A DNA stretch of 44,357 bases, taken from positions 1 to 44,357 of the IMG/VR virus record IMGVR_UViG_3300047409_000205. The stretch is one strand, 5' to 3'. This DNA comes from a virus. Its lineage: Duplodnaviria > Caudoviricetes. Below, piece by piece: positions 23,528 to 32,600 of the stretch (position 1 is its first letter; every line of letters begins with the position of its first letter). A program made the translations under genes and the position numbers. The notes below the pieces were generated by a model. It was given only the letters and a program-made list of their open reading frames with translations, was not told the DNA's origin and did no database searches.

Positions 23528-23814
23528 GGATCAGCTTTCTTTTCCAAATCTCTGAGGCGCTTATCTAAATCCTCCAGTTTTCGCTCCTGCCGGGTCTGTG
23601 TTCGTTCATATTCCTTGTGGAACAGGTCGAATGACAAGGTGCCGGTTGTGTCCATGCGCTTGATAATTGGTGCAGTATCCGCCTTCCACGCCACCAAATC
23701 GTTGATCTTTGCTTCGCGCCCGCCAAAGAAGAAAATGACAGCACCCGCCGCTATGACACCGGATACCACCGTTCTCGCCGCTCCAATCCATAAACGTTTA
23801 GAGTCATCTGGCAT
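23524..23814 (-). CDS. Membrane protein (1 TM + coiled coil), lysis-cassette candidate
   Basis: TVVSGVIAAGAVIFFFGG hydrophobic segment then RKLEDLDKRLRDLEK coiled coil. Confidence 0.65.
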   Translation of the reverse strand: MPDDSKRLWIGAARTVVSGVIAAGAVIFFFGGREAKINDLVAWKADTAPIIKRMDTTGTLSFDLFHKEYERTQTRQERKLEDLDKRLRDLEKKADP

Positions 23815-23825
23815 TTCACAGCTCT

Positions 23826-23984
23826 TTACCAGGTGGGCTTCAGAATCTTGATGCCGATTATGATAAACAGGATCAGCAGAAGAATCGCGTTAGCGTAAGA
23901 CCACTGAGGCCATGACCCAGCCGAAAACGCTCCGATTACCCATAGTAACAGCAGTATCCAATAGAAAATTACAAGTAAGCTCAT
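23826..23984 (-). CDS. 52-aa two-TM protein, holin candidate (not in ORF track)
   Basis: MSLLVIFYWILLLLWVIGAF-SAGSWPQWSY-ANAILLLILFIIIGIKILKPTW; AAGGA SD upstream. Confidence 0.7.
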   Translation of the reverse strand: MSLLVIFYWILLLLWVIGAFSAGSWPQWSYANAILLLILFIIIGIKILKPTW

Positions 23985-24018
23985 TGTGTTTCCTTTCTCT
24001 TTTTTCTGGTTTCCTGAT

Positions 24019-24450
24019 TTATTCCCCTTCTGGCGGCGGCGGCGCTTCCGGCTCCGGCGCCGGGCCTTCCCCGCGGGTGCCTACCTGTAGGAGCTCCAGC
24101 TCGCGCAGCGCCGTCGCTTCCGGTTGCGCGCCCTTCTGCTGGTGATCCACTTCATACCCTGTCGGCGGCGGGAATGGCGGCGAGTCCACTACCGGCGGAT
24201 CGGGCGGCGGCAGGATTTCTTCGCCTTCTCGTTGCGCTGTCTCTCCTGGAGCGGCAGCCGTGTGTGCTTTCGGTTTGTTTACTTGCTTGGCTAACCACGC
24301 CTGTTCCTCTTCTTCCGCAGGCGTTAATTTGGTTTCTTTCTTATTGCTCATGTTATTTACTGCTTTCGGTTTAGGTTTTGCTCTACTCTTCTTCCTCTGA
24401 ATTTGCTCTCGCTTTCCTGCGTTCCTGCGTTCCTTAGCTATCTTCTTCAT
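24019..24450 (-). CDS. Disordered protein, basic N-terminus, Pro/Glu-rich C-terminus
   Basis: ATGA overlap with the upstream gene; alternative start MSNKKE at 24351. Confidence 0.6.
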   Translation of the reverse strand: MKKIAKERRNAGKREQIQRKKSRAKPKPKAVNNMSNKKETKLTPAEEEEQAWLAKQVNKPKAHTAAAPGETAQREGEEILPPPDPPVVDSPPFPPPTGYEVDHQQKGAQPEATALRELELLQVGTRGEGPAPEPEAPPPPEGE

Positions 24451-25205
24451 GCCATCCGTAACACGCCAATCGAATGCACTCGGAGCCGGGAATTATGGAA
24501 AGGCCAGTAAAAGTAAAAGGAGTTCGGCACAGTGCTTACGGTTACGGGCCCCAGTTGCGCGCTGGCCGGCCACGGATCCAGGCTCGAGTGGATCAGTTCC
24601 TTGGTAGGCGTGTTACTGAAAAGCATGTCCGCGCTTTTAGTGGTGCTCTTTATCCGCATCGTGATCCTGTTGGAAGTGGCGTTATCGCGCAGCAGTTGCA
24701 GCCCCAGGAGCACGGCGTAACCGGCCGCCACTGTGGGCGCGTCCTGCGGGAAATGCTGCTGAGCGTTATCCACATTACCCGCGGTAAGTTTCACGTTCTG
24801 GTCGAATATCGCGGCGGTATATTGGCTATTGCTCGAATTGTGCGGCCACCAGAAGGACGATCCGGCGCCTATACCTGCGTCGCTGCCCACGAGCACGCTG
24901 TCTCCGGTTCTATCAGGCAACACGTTTCCAACATTGGTAAACCCGGCAAACGTCTGCCCACCAGGCCCGAGCACGCCCAGCCAATAACGATTCCAGGCAT
25001 CCAACCCCAATGGGGGGTTCGTGATCGTTTCGGCAAATCCGGTGGTCAAATCGTCATTGGTCTTATCGGTAAGACTAAGAAAGAAGCCCAGGCGCAAGTC
25101 CGTCCAGTCCGGCGCCAGGAACGGCTGGATGTAATAGGCCCGCGGGTTAAGGATGATCGCCCTGTCATCCACCGTTTTCTGGTAACATTCCGCGTCCTGT
25201 GCCAT
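24447..25205 (-). CDS. Putative virion beta-sandwich protein
   Basis: Beta-rich ORF in the structural operon; ATG 25205 follows the upstream stop by 1 nt (ORF track starts it at 25223). Confidence 0.65.
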   Translation of the reverse strand: MAQDAECYQKTVDDRAIILNPRAYYIQPFLAPDWTDLRLGFFLSLTDKTNDDLTTGFAETITNPPLGLDAWNRYWLGVLGPGGQTFAGFTNVGNVLPDRTGDSVLVGSDAGIGAGSSFWWPHNSSNSQYTAAIFDQNVKLTAGNVDNAQQHFPQDAPTVAAGYAVLLGLQLLRDNATSNRITMRIKSTTKSADMLFSNTPTKELIHSSLDPWPASAQLGPVTVSTVPNSFYFYWPFHNSRLRVHSIGVLRMA

Positions 25206-25206
25206 G

Positions 25207-25371
25207 TTATGTTCTGCTCCCAAAGAGGGCGGTGCCCAGTGAGCAACCGCCGTTGTTTAATTGCCCATCAAACGTGATCGTGCCTTCGATCGGGCCTATC
25301 GGCACCAGCTCGTAGCCTTGCAAAGCGTAAGCCTCATTGCTCCCGAAAAATCCTCTTAAAAGTCTAACCAT
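25207..25371 (-). CDS. 54-aa protein MVRLLRGFFGSNEAYALQGYELVPIGPIEG...
   Basis: TAATG coupling to the methylase stop; shares YELVPxGPx with the nozzle protein. Confidence 0.6.
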   Translation of the reverse strand: MVRLLRGFFGSNEAYALQGYELVPIGPIEGTITFDGQLNNGGCSLGTALFGSRT

Positions 25372-25988
25372 TATGTTACCAGCTCCAGTTGCTCGGCCAC
25401 CGGGACCGGGTTGGTCCATTGATCTGCCATAGCCTCGGCAATTCCGGCGTATGTTTTGGCGCGCAGTTTCGCTCTGTTTGGTGAAGGTCCGAGTTTGTTC
25501 TGGCCGGATGGCGTCTGATTCTCCCAGCGGCCGCTCGGTGGCAGCGGAAGAATCTTTGTCGGTCGCAGGCACGGCAAACCTTTAAGCCATAAACATGTCG
25601 TCTTGCTTTCGGGATGACCATATTGCCACGGGTGAATTATCTGGTCCGGTTCCTGATAAACAGATGACATGATGCAGACTGGATTTTCCACGCAGATTTT
25701 CCGAATTGGCGCCCTGACAAACGCCATAAAGAAATCGATCGCCTCCTGCTGCACACCAGTCTCCCGCTTCTTTTTAAAGAGGTGGGCGCCGCTAACTGCA
25801 AGGTGTGTGCACGGCGGGTGCGCAATTAGCAAATCCCAGTCCTCGTGCAGATGATTCAACGCATCATCTTGAATATGGTTTCCGGGGCGCTCGGTTGGCA
25901 GAAGATCACAACTCCACACGTCATGCCCAAGCACCGCAAACGCATCCCTCACCGCTCCGCTGTATTCGCACGCCACTAAAATTCTCAT
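25371..25988 (-). CDS. Short phage DNA (cytosine-5) methyltransferase-like protein
   Basis: MRILVACEYSG (motif I variant), WSCD, DLLIAHPPC (catalytic PC), ENPV, KTTCLWLKGLP, RAKTYAGIAEAMADQW. Confidence 0.85.
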   Translation of the reverse strand: MRILVACEYSGAVRDAFAVLGHDVWSCDLLPTERPGNHIQDDALNHLHEDWDLLIAHPPCTHLAVSGAHLFKKKRETGVQQEAIDFFMAFVRAPIRKICVENPVCIMSSVYQEPDQIIHPWQYGHPESKTTCLWLKGLPCLRPTKILPLPPSGRWENQTPSGQNKLGPSPNRAKLRAKTYAGIAEAMADQWTNPVPVAEQLELVT

Positions 25989-28153
25989 GCTCCCCCCTGT
26001 TGCCCGCCTGGCGGCGATAGCAGTTGCGGCGCTTGTTTCGGTTGGAACGTGCTGGTCTGTAGCGCGCGGCCGATCACCGGATTTTGCTGGTATTGCTGGA
26101 TCTGATTCTGAAAGAATTGCGCGCGATTTTGTAAAATCTTTTGAGTATCGGGCATTAGTTGCAGGCGCTGCATCATCATCGGGTTAGGGCTTTGGATGGT
26201 GTTTTGCATGAGCGTCTGGAGTCGGAGCTGGTGATTGGCATACATCGGGAGCGGCGGCTCCATTCCCGCAAAGGCTTGCGCGATCGCGTTGAGCTCGTCC
26301 TGTTGCTCTTTCTGCTGCGCTTCGGGACTTACCTGGCTTTGTTGCAAAGCGTCCGCGGCATCGGGATCAATGGCTTCCACAGCCATATTAAAGAGCATCC
26401 CTTCCTGCTTGAACGCCATGGCCTGTCCGATTAACGCCAGTTTCTCCTGCGCGTAATCGGCATCGAGCATTCGCATATCGGTGGTTGCAGTGATCTCGTG
26501 TTTCCCCTGGATCTCGTCCCGGCTCACCGGGAAAGGTTTGGCCAGTTCCCCGGCCACTTCAGCAACGTCATCCGGCGATTCGTATTGCTGGATGAGTTGC
26601 CACGTCTGCTCGAGCACCAGGCCCATGAGCGCGAGAGTATCCTGGCCCGCTTCCTGCCGGCGCATCTGCTTAAGCTCGGGATCCACTTCCGCGCCGAAAA
26701 GCCCATACCGCCGGTCGATCCGTTGTTGCACCATCGCGATCACCTGCACCGGCGTGGCGTCGGTTGGCGGCATCGGCATCCAATCCACTTCCCGCGGCCG
26801 CGATACCCCCAGCACCGCGCCCGGGATCGGCGTCCCTTTAATGTCTTTCACCCGCGAGTAAGGCACGATCATCGGCGGCCGGTGACACAGGCTGGTCCGA
26901 TCGCTTAACCCGTCCTGCTGCCGTTTAATATCCAGCTCATCCGTGTAAGCTTCCTCGGCTACGCCCATGCTGCCCAGGATCCGGCGATCCTCGGTGCGCC
27001 GGCAAAACTCGATTGCCGGGTATTGCCCATGGTTATATTCCGCCATGCCATGTTTCGCGCAGAGCGGTTTCGCATTGCTTGTCTTTACCAGCGGGCTAAA
27101 CACAGTCTTATACATGCACGGCGTCCCGTTCTCGAGCGCCTTGTAATAAAAGTGGTAAAGCTGCATGAGATTGCGGTAGCTCCGCGGCGGGCTGCCATCG
27201 CGCGTGCTCCACGGCTGCGATGAAAGACCGGCTACGCCTTTCTGCTCTTTCAACTTGTCCACAAACGCCGGGTCATAGCCGTCAGTCTCGATCCGGTCGT
27301 TGAGCTCCGTCTCGCTCACCCAATCATCCATGCGACAAAACCAGCGCGCTTCCTGTAGATCGCTCGTTTCAGATGGAAACAGCACGTCCACGCACGGGCG
27401 CAGCGCGGTCCACCGCGGTTTATTTATGAACGGATAAGCCACCGGCACGCTGGCCATGCCAGTGGTCCGCAGGCTGGTTACGATCTTGCGCGCATCCGGC
27501 CGGCTAAGAATGGGCGAAAGCTGTTGGACCAGCGTGGTTAGCTCATCCTCGTGCGTAGGATCCATCAGCACTTCCATGAGTTGCCCGGCCATATCTTCGC
27601 CCTGTCCCTGGCCGAGCGCGCCCAGGATCTGTGCCAGGTCTTGCAGCGAAATCTGGTGATACTCGAGCCGGCGTTGCTGCTCCCATTCAATGCCAAGGAA
27701 CCCTACCCCGTAGCCCTGCCACCAGTTGAACACCAGCGGCACCTCGCGCAACACCTGTGGCCACATGTGATTGTAAACCGTCCATTGCAGTAGCTTCGTG
27801 CTCTTGTTACTTTCGCCAGCCTGCTGTAGCGGGCGCACACTGCGCGCTTGTATCTTCGATTGGAAGAACGCAAATTTGCGCACGCTCACCTGGTCACTGA
27901 TGAGGGTCGCCACGATCCGCAGCCGGCTATCGCTGGCACCGTCCCACGGAAAACAATCGGTTTGAAACGCGGCGTGCTTGCGGCCGTCGATGGTTTGCCC
28001 TTGCCACTGCGAATACCACCAGCTCCGGGCCTGATCCATGCGCCGATAAAACCAGTTCGCATCCGATTGCGCCTGGTCCAGCTCCTCGATGATCTCATTA
28101 AGCTTCGGCTCATCGCTCCAAAGCTCGATGTTATTCTCAGGATCCTCTACCAT
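25985..28153 (-). CDS. Portal protein
   Basis: 722 aa, helical; W.GQT.DGRKH..FPWDGASD, HGQYP..EF, Gln-rich barrel-like C-terminus as in P22-type portals. Confidence 0.8.
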   Translation of the reverse strand: MVEDPENNIELWSDEPKLNEIIEELDQAQSDANWFYRRMDQARSWWYSQWQGQTIDGRKHAAFQTDCFPWDGASDSRLRIVATLISDQVSVRKFAFFQSKIQARSVRPLQQAGESNKSTKLLQWTVYNHMWPQVLREVPLVFNWWQGYGVGFLGIEWEQQRRLEYHQISLQDLAQILGALGQGQGEDMAGQLMEVLMDPTHEDELTTLVQQLSPILSRPDARKIVTSLRTTGMASVPVAYPFINKPRWTALRPCVDVLFPSETSDLQEARWFCRMDDWVSETELNDRIETDGYDPAFVDKLKEQKGVAGLSSQPWSTRDGSPPRSYRNLMQLYHFYYKALENGTPCMYKTVFSPLVKTSNAKPLCAKHGMAEYNHGQYPAIEFCRRTEDRRILGSMGVAEEAYTDELDIKRQQDGLSDRTSLCHRPPMIVPYSRVKDIKGTPIPGAVLGVSRPREVDWMPMPPTDATPVQVIAMVQQRIDRRYGLFGAEVDPELKQMRRQEAGQDTLALMGLVLEQTWQLIQQYESPDDVAEVAGELAKPFPVSRDEIQGKHEITATTDMRMLDADYAQEKLALIGQAMAFKQEGMLFNMAVEAIDPDAADALQQSQVSPEAQQKEQQDELNAIAQAFAGMEPPLPMYANHQLRLQTLMQNTIQSPNPMMMQRLQLMPDTQKILQNRAQFFQNQIQQYQQNPVIGRALQTSTFQPKQAPQLLSPPGGQQGGA

Positions 28154-29671
28154 TTAGCTTCCTCCCGCTGCCGCCGGTGTTTTCGCCCGGGTGCGATACC
28201 GCGGCGCCGGCCGTTGCTGGTCTGTGAGCGCGTCGTATGCCGGCGTGTTGGCTTTGTTTAAACGGTCGCCTACCTCCGCCACCGCTCCTTGCTCTTCCGC
28301 CATTGCCTTATCCGTCTGCCCCGCTTCGCGCAGTGCATCGCTGTAAGCCCCTCGCGTCACCGGCTCCATGAGCGCGTAAGGAAACAGCACGCGCGACCAG
28401 TAAGTAGAATTTTCCGGGCTCATTTGCGCGTCGGTGCTTACCCCGCCCATGCTGGCGATCTGGAGCGTGCCCAGCGTGGGATTCACGCTCACGCTAATCC
28501 TGGCAAACCACGGGTCGGCAGCCCCGTTTATGGCAGAGGCAAGGCCGTCCAGGATTTGAGTAAGCCCTTCCCCGGCCTCGGAGTAATAGCTCACCGTGTG
28601 CACGGCATCGTCGTCCGGGTCACGGAAACTCAGCGTGTAAGTGGTGCATCCCTTTACCTGGCTCTGCGAGATTGTTACCTGCGTGATCTGCGGCAAACCC
28701 GGGCTGGGCGGGATAGCGGCAAAATAGGTTTGCACCTGCACCCGCCTGTTAGCGTGCCTGGGGGTGCTTATCGGCGGGCCCTGATACCAGTTAAAAAGTT
28801 GAAAATCCGAGTTATGCTCAATCCGTATTTTCTTATCTGCCGGTGTAGCTGTGATGGTAAACCCGGCCATGCCCGGCGCCGCGGTGAGCAAAGCCGCCAG
28901 GCCGTTCACGATCTCGGTATAGCCATCGCCGCCCGCCACGGTATAACTTACGTCCCCGTGCGTTACCACTCCCGCCTGGTCCTTTACAGTTAGCTTGTAA
29001 ACCCAGCCAGCAGGCGGCGGCGCCGGGACCGTCGGCACGTCCGCTGTCGTCTGCGGATAGGCGTATGCGTCTATAATCTCAGTTTGCTCGGCCTTCCCCG
29101 GATCCGGCGGCACCGCGGCTTGTGTGATCTGAGTGGAAAGCGGCGCGGTAAACCCTATCACCGGATCGTTCCCCAGGTTGCCGGAGATCAGGCTCAAGTA
29201 ACATTCGCCGGTTATCGGGCTATAAGTAACATCCCCGCCTGCGTAACTCCGGCTGGCATCCCATTTCACCGAAGTAAACTTCGGCGCCTGCGGAAGATAT
29301 TTAATCCACACCGTCACTCCGTGATCGAATCCCACGTGCAACCCTTCGTCCCATTCACGAAACCGCGCGTCGATCGGGTAAGGCGACACCCGTGGATCCA
29401 CCAGGTAAACTTTAAGCGGGCGCGAAAGCTGCACCGGCTGAGGTGCGCCCAGCGGAAACGCGCGCCACGGCACCATGTGATTTACGGCCGGCGCAAATTC
29501 TTTGATAGCAGTCCACTCCGGGAAATCCTGCGCGTCCCATGTCCGGCGCACCCAGGCGTTAATGTAACTGCAAAGCGATTCCCCTTCGTCCACGAGAAAC
29601 TCCTGGGCCGGATCCAGCCCCAGTTTATAGGCGATCGACCACAGCACTTCTTTAAATGGGATCGTTCTCAT
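28154..29671 (-). CDS. Head-tail adaptor / tubular protein A-like protein, paralogue 2, with inserted beta domains
   Basis: MRTIPFKEVL..LGLDP..YINAWVRRTW..DFPEWT; WDASRSYAGGDVTY (CBM-like); C-terminal FPYAL..RGAYSDALR. Confidence 0.65.
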   Translation of the reverse strand: MRTIPFKEVLWSIAYKLGLDPAQEFLVDEGESLCSYINAWVRRTWDAQDFPEWTAIKEFAPAVNHMVPWRAFPLGAPQPVQLSRPLKVYLVDPRVSPYPIDARFREWDEGLHVGFDHGVTVWIKYLPQAPKFTSVKWDASRSYAGGDVTYSPITGECYLSLISGNLGNDPVIGFTAPLSTQITQAAVPPDPGKAEQTEIIDAYAYPQTTADVPTVPAPPPAGWVYKLTVKDQAGVVTHGDVSYTVAGGDGYTEIVNGLAALLTAAPGMAGFTITATPADKKIRIEHNSDFQLFNWYQGPPISTPRHANRRVQVQTYFAAIPPSPGLPQITQVTISQSQVKGCTTYTLSFRDPDDDAVHTVSYYSEAGEGLTQILDGLASAINGAADPWFARISVSVNPTLGTLQIASMGGVSTDAQMSPENSTYWSRVLFPYALMEPVTRGAYSDALREAGQTDKAMAEEQGAVAEVGDRLNKANTPAYDALTDQQRPAPRYRTRAKTPAAAGGS

Positions 29672-31344
29672 TGGACTAAAGTTGCCTGCGCCACCGCGCT
29701 TGATCCGGCAAAGGCGGTGCCTCCGTTAAAACTCACCCCGATGGTGGTTGCCGCGGTGGAATTAAAACTTGATGAAATTGCAGGGACGATTGTGAGGGCA
29801 TCAGAAATAGTCCCCCACAGACCAGCGGCAGTGGTGGTGTTCTTTTGCGCCCGCAGAATGCCCCCTATCGCAGCAGACGCACCTACGATTTTCCAGGTGG
29901 CAATGATTTCAAACACCCCGGTGTCGGCAACCGATGTGCCGGCAGCGGGAAGCGTAAACGTGAGTATTGCCGGATCAGAGGTCGTTCCTGCCGTGCCTAC
30001 CCGTAGCGTTATGACAGGAATCCCCGTGCCCGCACTCTTGGTCATGTCGAACACGCACCGGTATTGCCCTTTTAACTTAAAATCTCCCGCAGCTACCACG
30101 ATGCTGCTGCCCGTTATGTATATGTCAGAGGTTGATACTGACAGTTGCACTGCGGTAGCGGAGTTCATCATGTCCTGCGGGTAGGACGCGACATTGGTTC
30201 CGTCACTCCGCATGGTGTATCCCGCCGTCCCTGCGGTGGTCGGCCATGTCGGGGTGGAACCTGCGTAATCGGTGCCGTTGGATTGAAGTATCGTGCCGGT
30301 GCCGGAGATCGTTGTCGGCAGTTTGTATCCCGAATCTACGAAGGATGTCCCATTACCCTTTAAAAACCTTCCAGCAGGGGCTGTGGTGTTGCTCACCTTA
30401 AAGCCGTTACTGGCCATGATGATGGTTGTGCCGGGATCAGTCAGATCGTTTGTGCTGATCCCGCCGCCGGGCCAAACGTAAACAGGGTTCGCTGTGCCCG
30501 CGAAATTGTAAGCACGTAAAGCTAATACGGGAACGCGCGAAGCATCGGCAGCGGTTTGCCATAACGCCGAAACGTCAGCCATCGCGGTGTCTACAGTGGT
30601 ATCGCTCTTGCCATTGATCCGTATGGTCGTTCCGTAATTTGCACCAGGAGTCCCGGATGAATTGTGGCCAACCGTTAAACCGATTGTGCGAGCACTAGTG
30701 ACAGCATCGGTTACCGTCATGCTTTGTGCCGCTGTCATGCCCAGGTTGACGGTCTGATCTATCGGTGGCGCACCGTCGCTACGCATGAACGTGGACGCCG
30801 AACCGTTGACCGCGCTGGTCCCCACTTTAGCTGTCGGATTTCCTGCCGTGCCACCGCTTGCGGTCAGTGTGCCGGTTGTAAACGTAAGACCAGTTCCAAC
30901 CGTCACGTTGCTAAACCCGCCGCTCCCGTTGCCGTAAAGGATCGAACTGCCACTGGTGGCAGGGGCGACGTTGGTTCCGGGCACAAGCGCGAGACTCGTT
31001 CGTGCCGTCGCAGCCACCAGATTCGTGCTGCCCCCGTCCCATTGCAGCATCTGCGTAAACGCCGTGTCCCAGTTGCTTTTACTGGTCGCATTCAGGCTCA
31101 CTACCCCGGTTCCTGTGAGTGGGGAAGGTGTCACTATGATAGGCGCAGTCGCCGTGATACTCACGCTGCCACCGCCACTGCCGAATCCTGTGACAGTGGA
31201 TCCCGCTGCTGCGGTGATACTCGCCCCGCTGTTAATCGTGAGACTCGCACCACTGGGCACCACGTTAGACCCCGGCATGGTGTGGGTCTGCCCGTGCGCC
31301 AGCGCACATAGCAACATCAAAATAATGACGATCAGGATTCTCAT
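29668..31344 (-). CDS. Tail-fibre-like Thr/Gly/Ser-rich protein with N-terminal signal peptide
   Basis: ATG 31344 is ATGA-coupled to the upstream stop; MRILIVIILMLLCALAHG|Q; ARTSLAL, ILYGNGSG, TVGTGL, FMRSDGAP, FLKGNGT fibre-type motifs. Confidence 0.75.
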   Translation of the reverse strand: MRILIVIILMLLCALAHGQTHTMPGSNVVPSGASLTINSGASITAAAGSTVTGFGSGGGSVSITATAPIIVTPSPLTGTGVVSLNATSKSNWDTAFTQMLQWDGGSTNLVAATARTSLALVPGTNVAPATSGSSILYGNGSGGFSNVTVGTGLTFTTGTLTASGGTAGNPTAKVGTSAVNGSASTFMRSDGAPPIDQTVNLGMTAAQSMTVTDAVTSARTIGLTVGHNSSGTPGANYGTTIRINGKSDTTVDTAMADVSALWQTAADASRVPVLALRAYNFAGTANPVYVWPGGGISTNDLTDPGTTIIMASNGFKVSNTTAPAGRFLKGNGTSFVDSGYKLPTTISGTGTILQSNGTDYAGSTPTWPTTAGTAGYTMRSDGTNVASYPQDMMNSATAVQLSVSTSDIYITGSSIVVAAGDFKLKGQYRCVFDMTKSAGTGIPVITLRVGTAGTTSDPAILTFTLPAAGTSVADTGVFEIIATWKIVGASAAIGGILRAQKNTTTAAGLWGTISDALTIVPAISSSFNSTAATTIGVSFNGGTAFAGSSAVAQATLVQ

Positions 31345-32600
31345 GGATTTGTCCACCGTGCAGCCTCTATCCAAGTTCCACTGCTGGTGTTACGCACTTC
31401 CAGTTTCGCCCCGCCGCTGACCGGCACCAGACGCGCGTCTATGCCGATATACACTGGACTGGTAGCGGTAACGCCACTTCCCACGGTCAATACATCGCTA
31501 AACCCTGATTGCCCGTTGCCCGTCACAGTCATTCCGGTGCAGTTTGCGAGATAAATGAACGGCACGCTTGTTCCGGTTGTGTAGCCACTGTTTCCGGTTA
31601 TCGAGATGAGACCAATGCTGCCTGATACGCCGTCGATGTTAATCCCGTAAGCCCCTGCTTCAGCCTGAAACTGGTTGCCAGTTATCACCATGTTGACCCA
31701 GAATCCACCTGCGCCACTCCTTATCTTGATTCCCGATCCAGTGAACCCCTCGATTGAACAGTTCGACACCAGTAAATCAACGGTTGAGATTCCAGCCGCC
31801 ACCGCCAGATCAATACCGTTCACGAATAGCGGCCCCAGCATTGAAACGATCTTACTGTTACTAATCTTTACCCCGCCACCGGACTCGATGCGTATGGCAG
31901 AGGTGGGGGAATAAGGTCCATCGTAAAACGCGCAGTTATTGATCTGATGATCCCCGCCGTCAGGGACGTTGATATTCCGCAGCTTCAGCCCGTAAAGGAC
32001 AGGGGCGCAATTCCAGCAACCTTCAAAGGTATGGGACGATCCCTGCTGCACGTCGATGTTGATGTAGAACCCGTCCACGCCAAGGTTCTGGTAGCGCGTC
32101 CTGTCACCATCGGCTGACACCACGATGCCAGCACCGGCAGTCGGTGCTGTTGTTCCGGGGTTACGAAGCAGGATGTCCTTAAACATGCACCCCGCCTTCT
32201 GGACATCGAACAATGTCCCTGTTCCGCTGTTAAAATCTATTGTCGTGATCGCTGGATAACCGTTGACGCCGCGTATCGGCCCGAGATCAACGAAGTGAAC
32301 CCCGCCACCGTCCCCCATCACTGTGACCGGCTTATTTAACACCAGAGTTGCCCCGGTGTATTTGTAGGTGCCAGCGGGGAAATAGAGTAACCCACCCGTG
32401 GACGGTATCGCGGCAAGCGCACTCCGAATCGCGGCACCATCATCTGTCACCCCGTCCCCTGTCGCGCCATACTGCGTCACATCGTATTGGAACCCGCCTC
32501 CAGTGCCACCACCTCCTCCACCGGACCAGTTCAGCAGGTCAAATCCCGCCATGTCGATGTCGCTCTGGGCCAGTCCGTTGTTGATTGGTGTTCGGATCAT
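31341..32600 (-). CDS. Tailspike / depolymerase, pectate-lyase-3-type right-handed beta helix
   Basis: YDVTQYGATGDGVTDDGAAIRSAL...LYFPAGTY followed by ISNS/VSNC/ITGN beta-helix repeats; ATG 32600 is ATGA-coupled. Confidence 0.88.
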   Translation of the reverse strand: MIRTPINNGLAQSDIDMAGFDLLNWSGGGGGGTGGGFQYDVTQYGATGDGVTDDGAAIRSALAAIPSTGGLLYFPAGTYKYTGATLVLNKPVTVMGDGGGVHFVDLGPIRGVNGYPAITTIDFNSGTGTLFDVQKAGCMFKDILLRNPGTTAPTAGAGIVVSADGDRTRYQNLGVDGFYINIDVQQGSSHTFEGCWNCAPVLYGLKLRNINVPDGGDHQINNCAFYDGPYSPTSAIRIESGGGVKISNSKIVSMLGPLFVNGIDLAVAAGISTVDLLVSNCSIEGFTGSGIKIRSGAGGFWVNMVITGNQFQAEAGAYGINIDGVSGSIGLISITGNSGYTTGTSVPFIYLANCTGMTVTGNGQSGFSDVLTVGSGVTATSPVYIGIDARLVPVSGGAKLEVRNTSSGTWIEAARWTNP

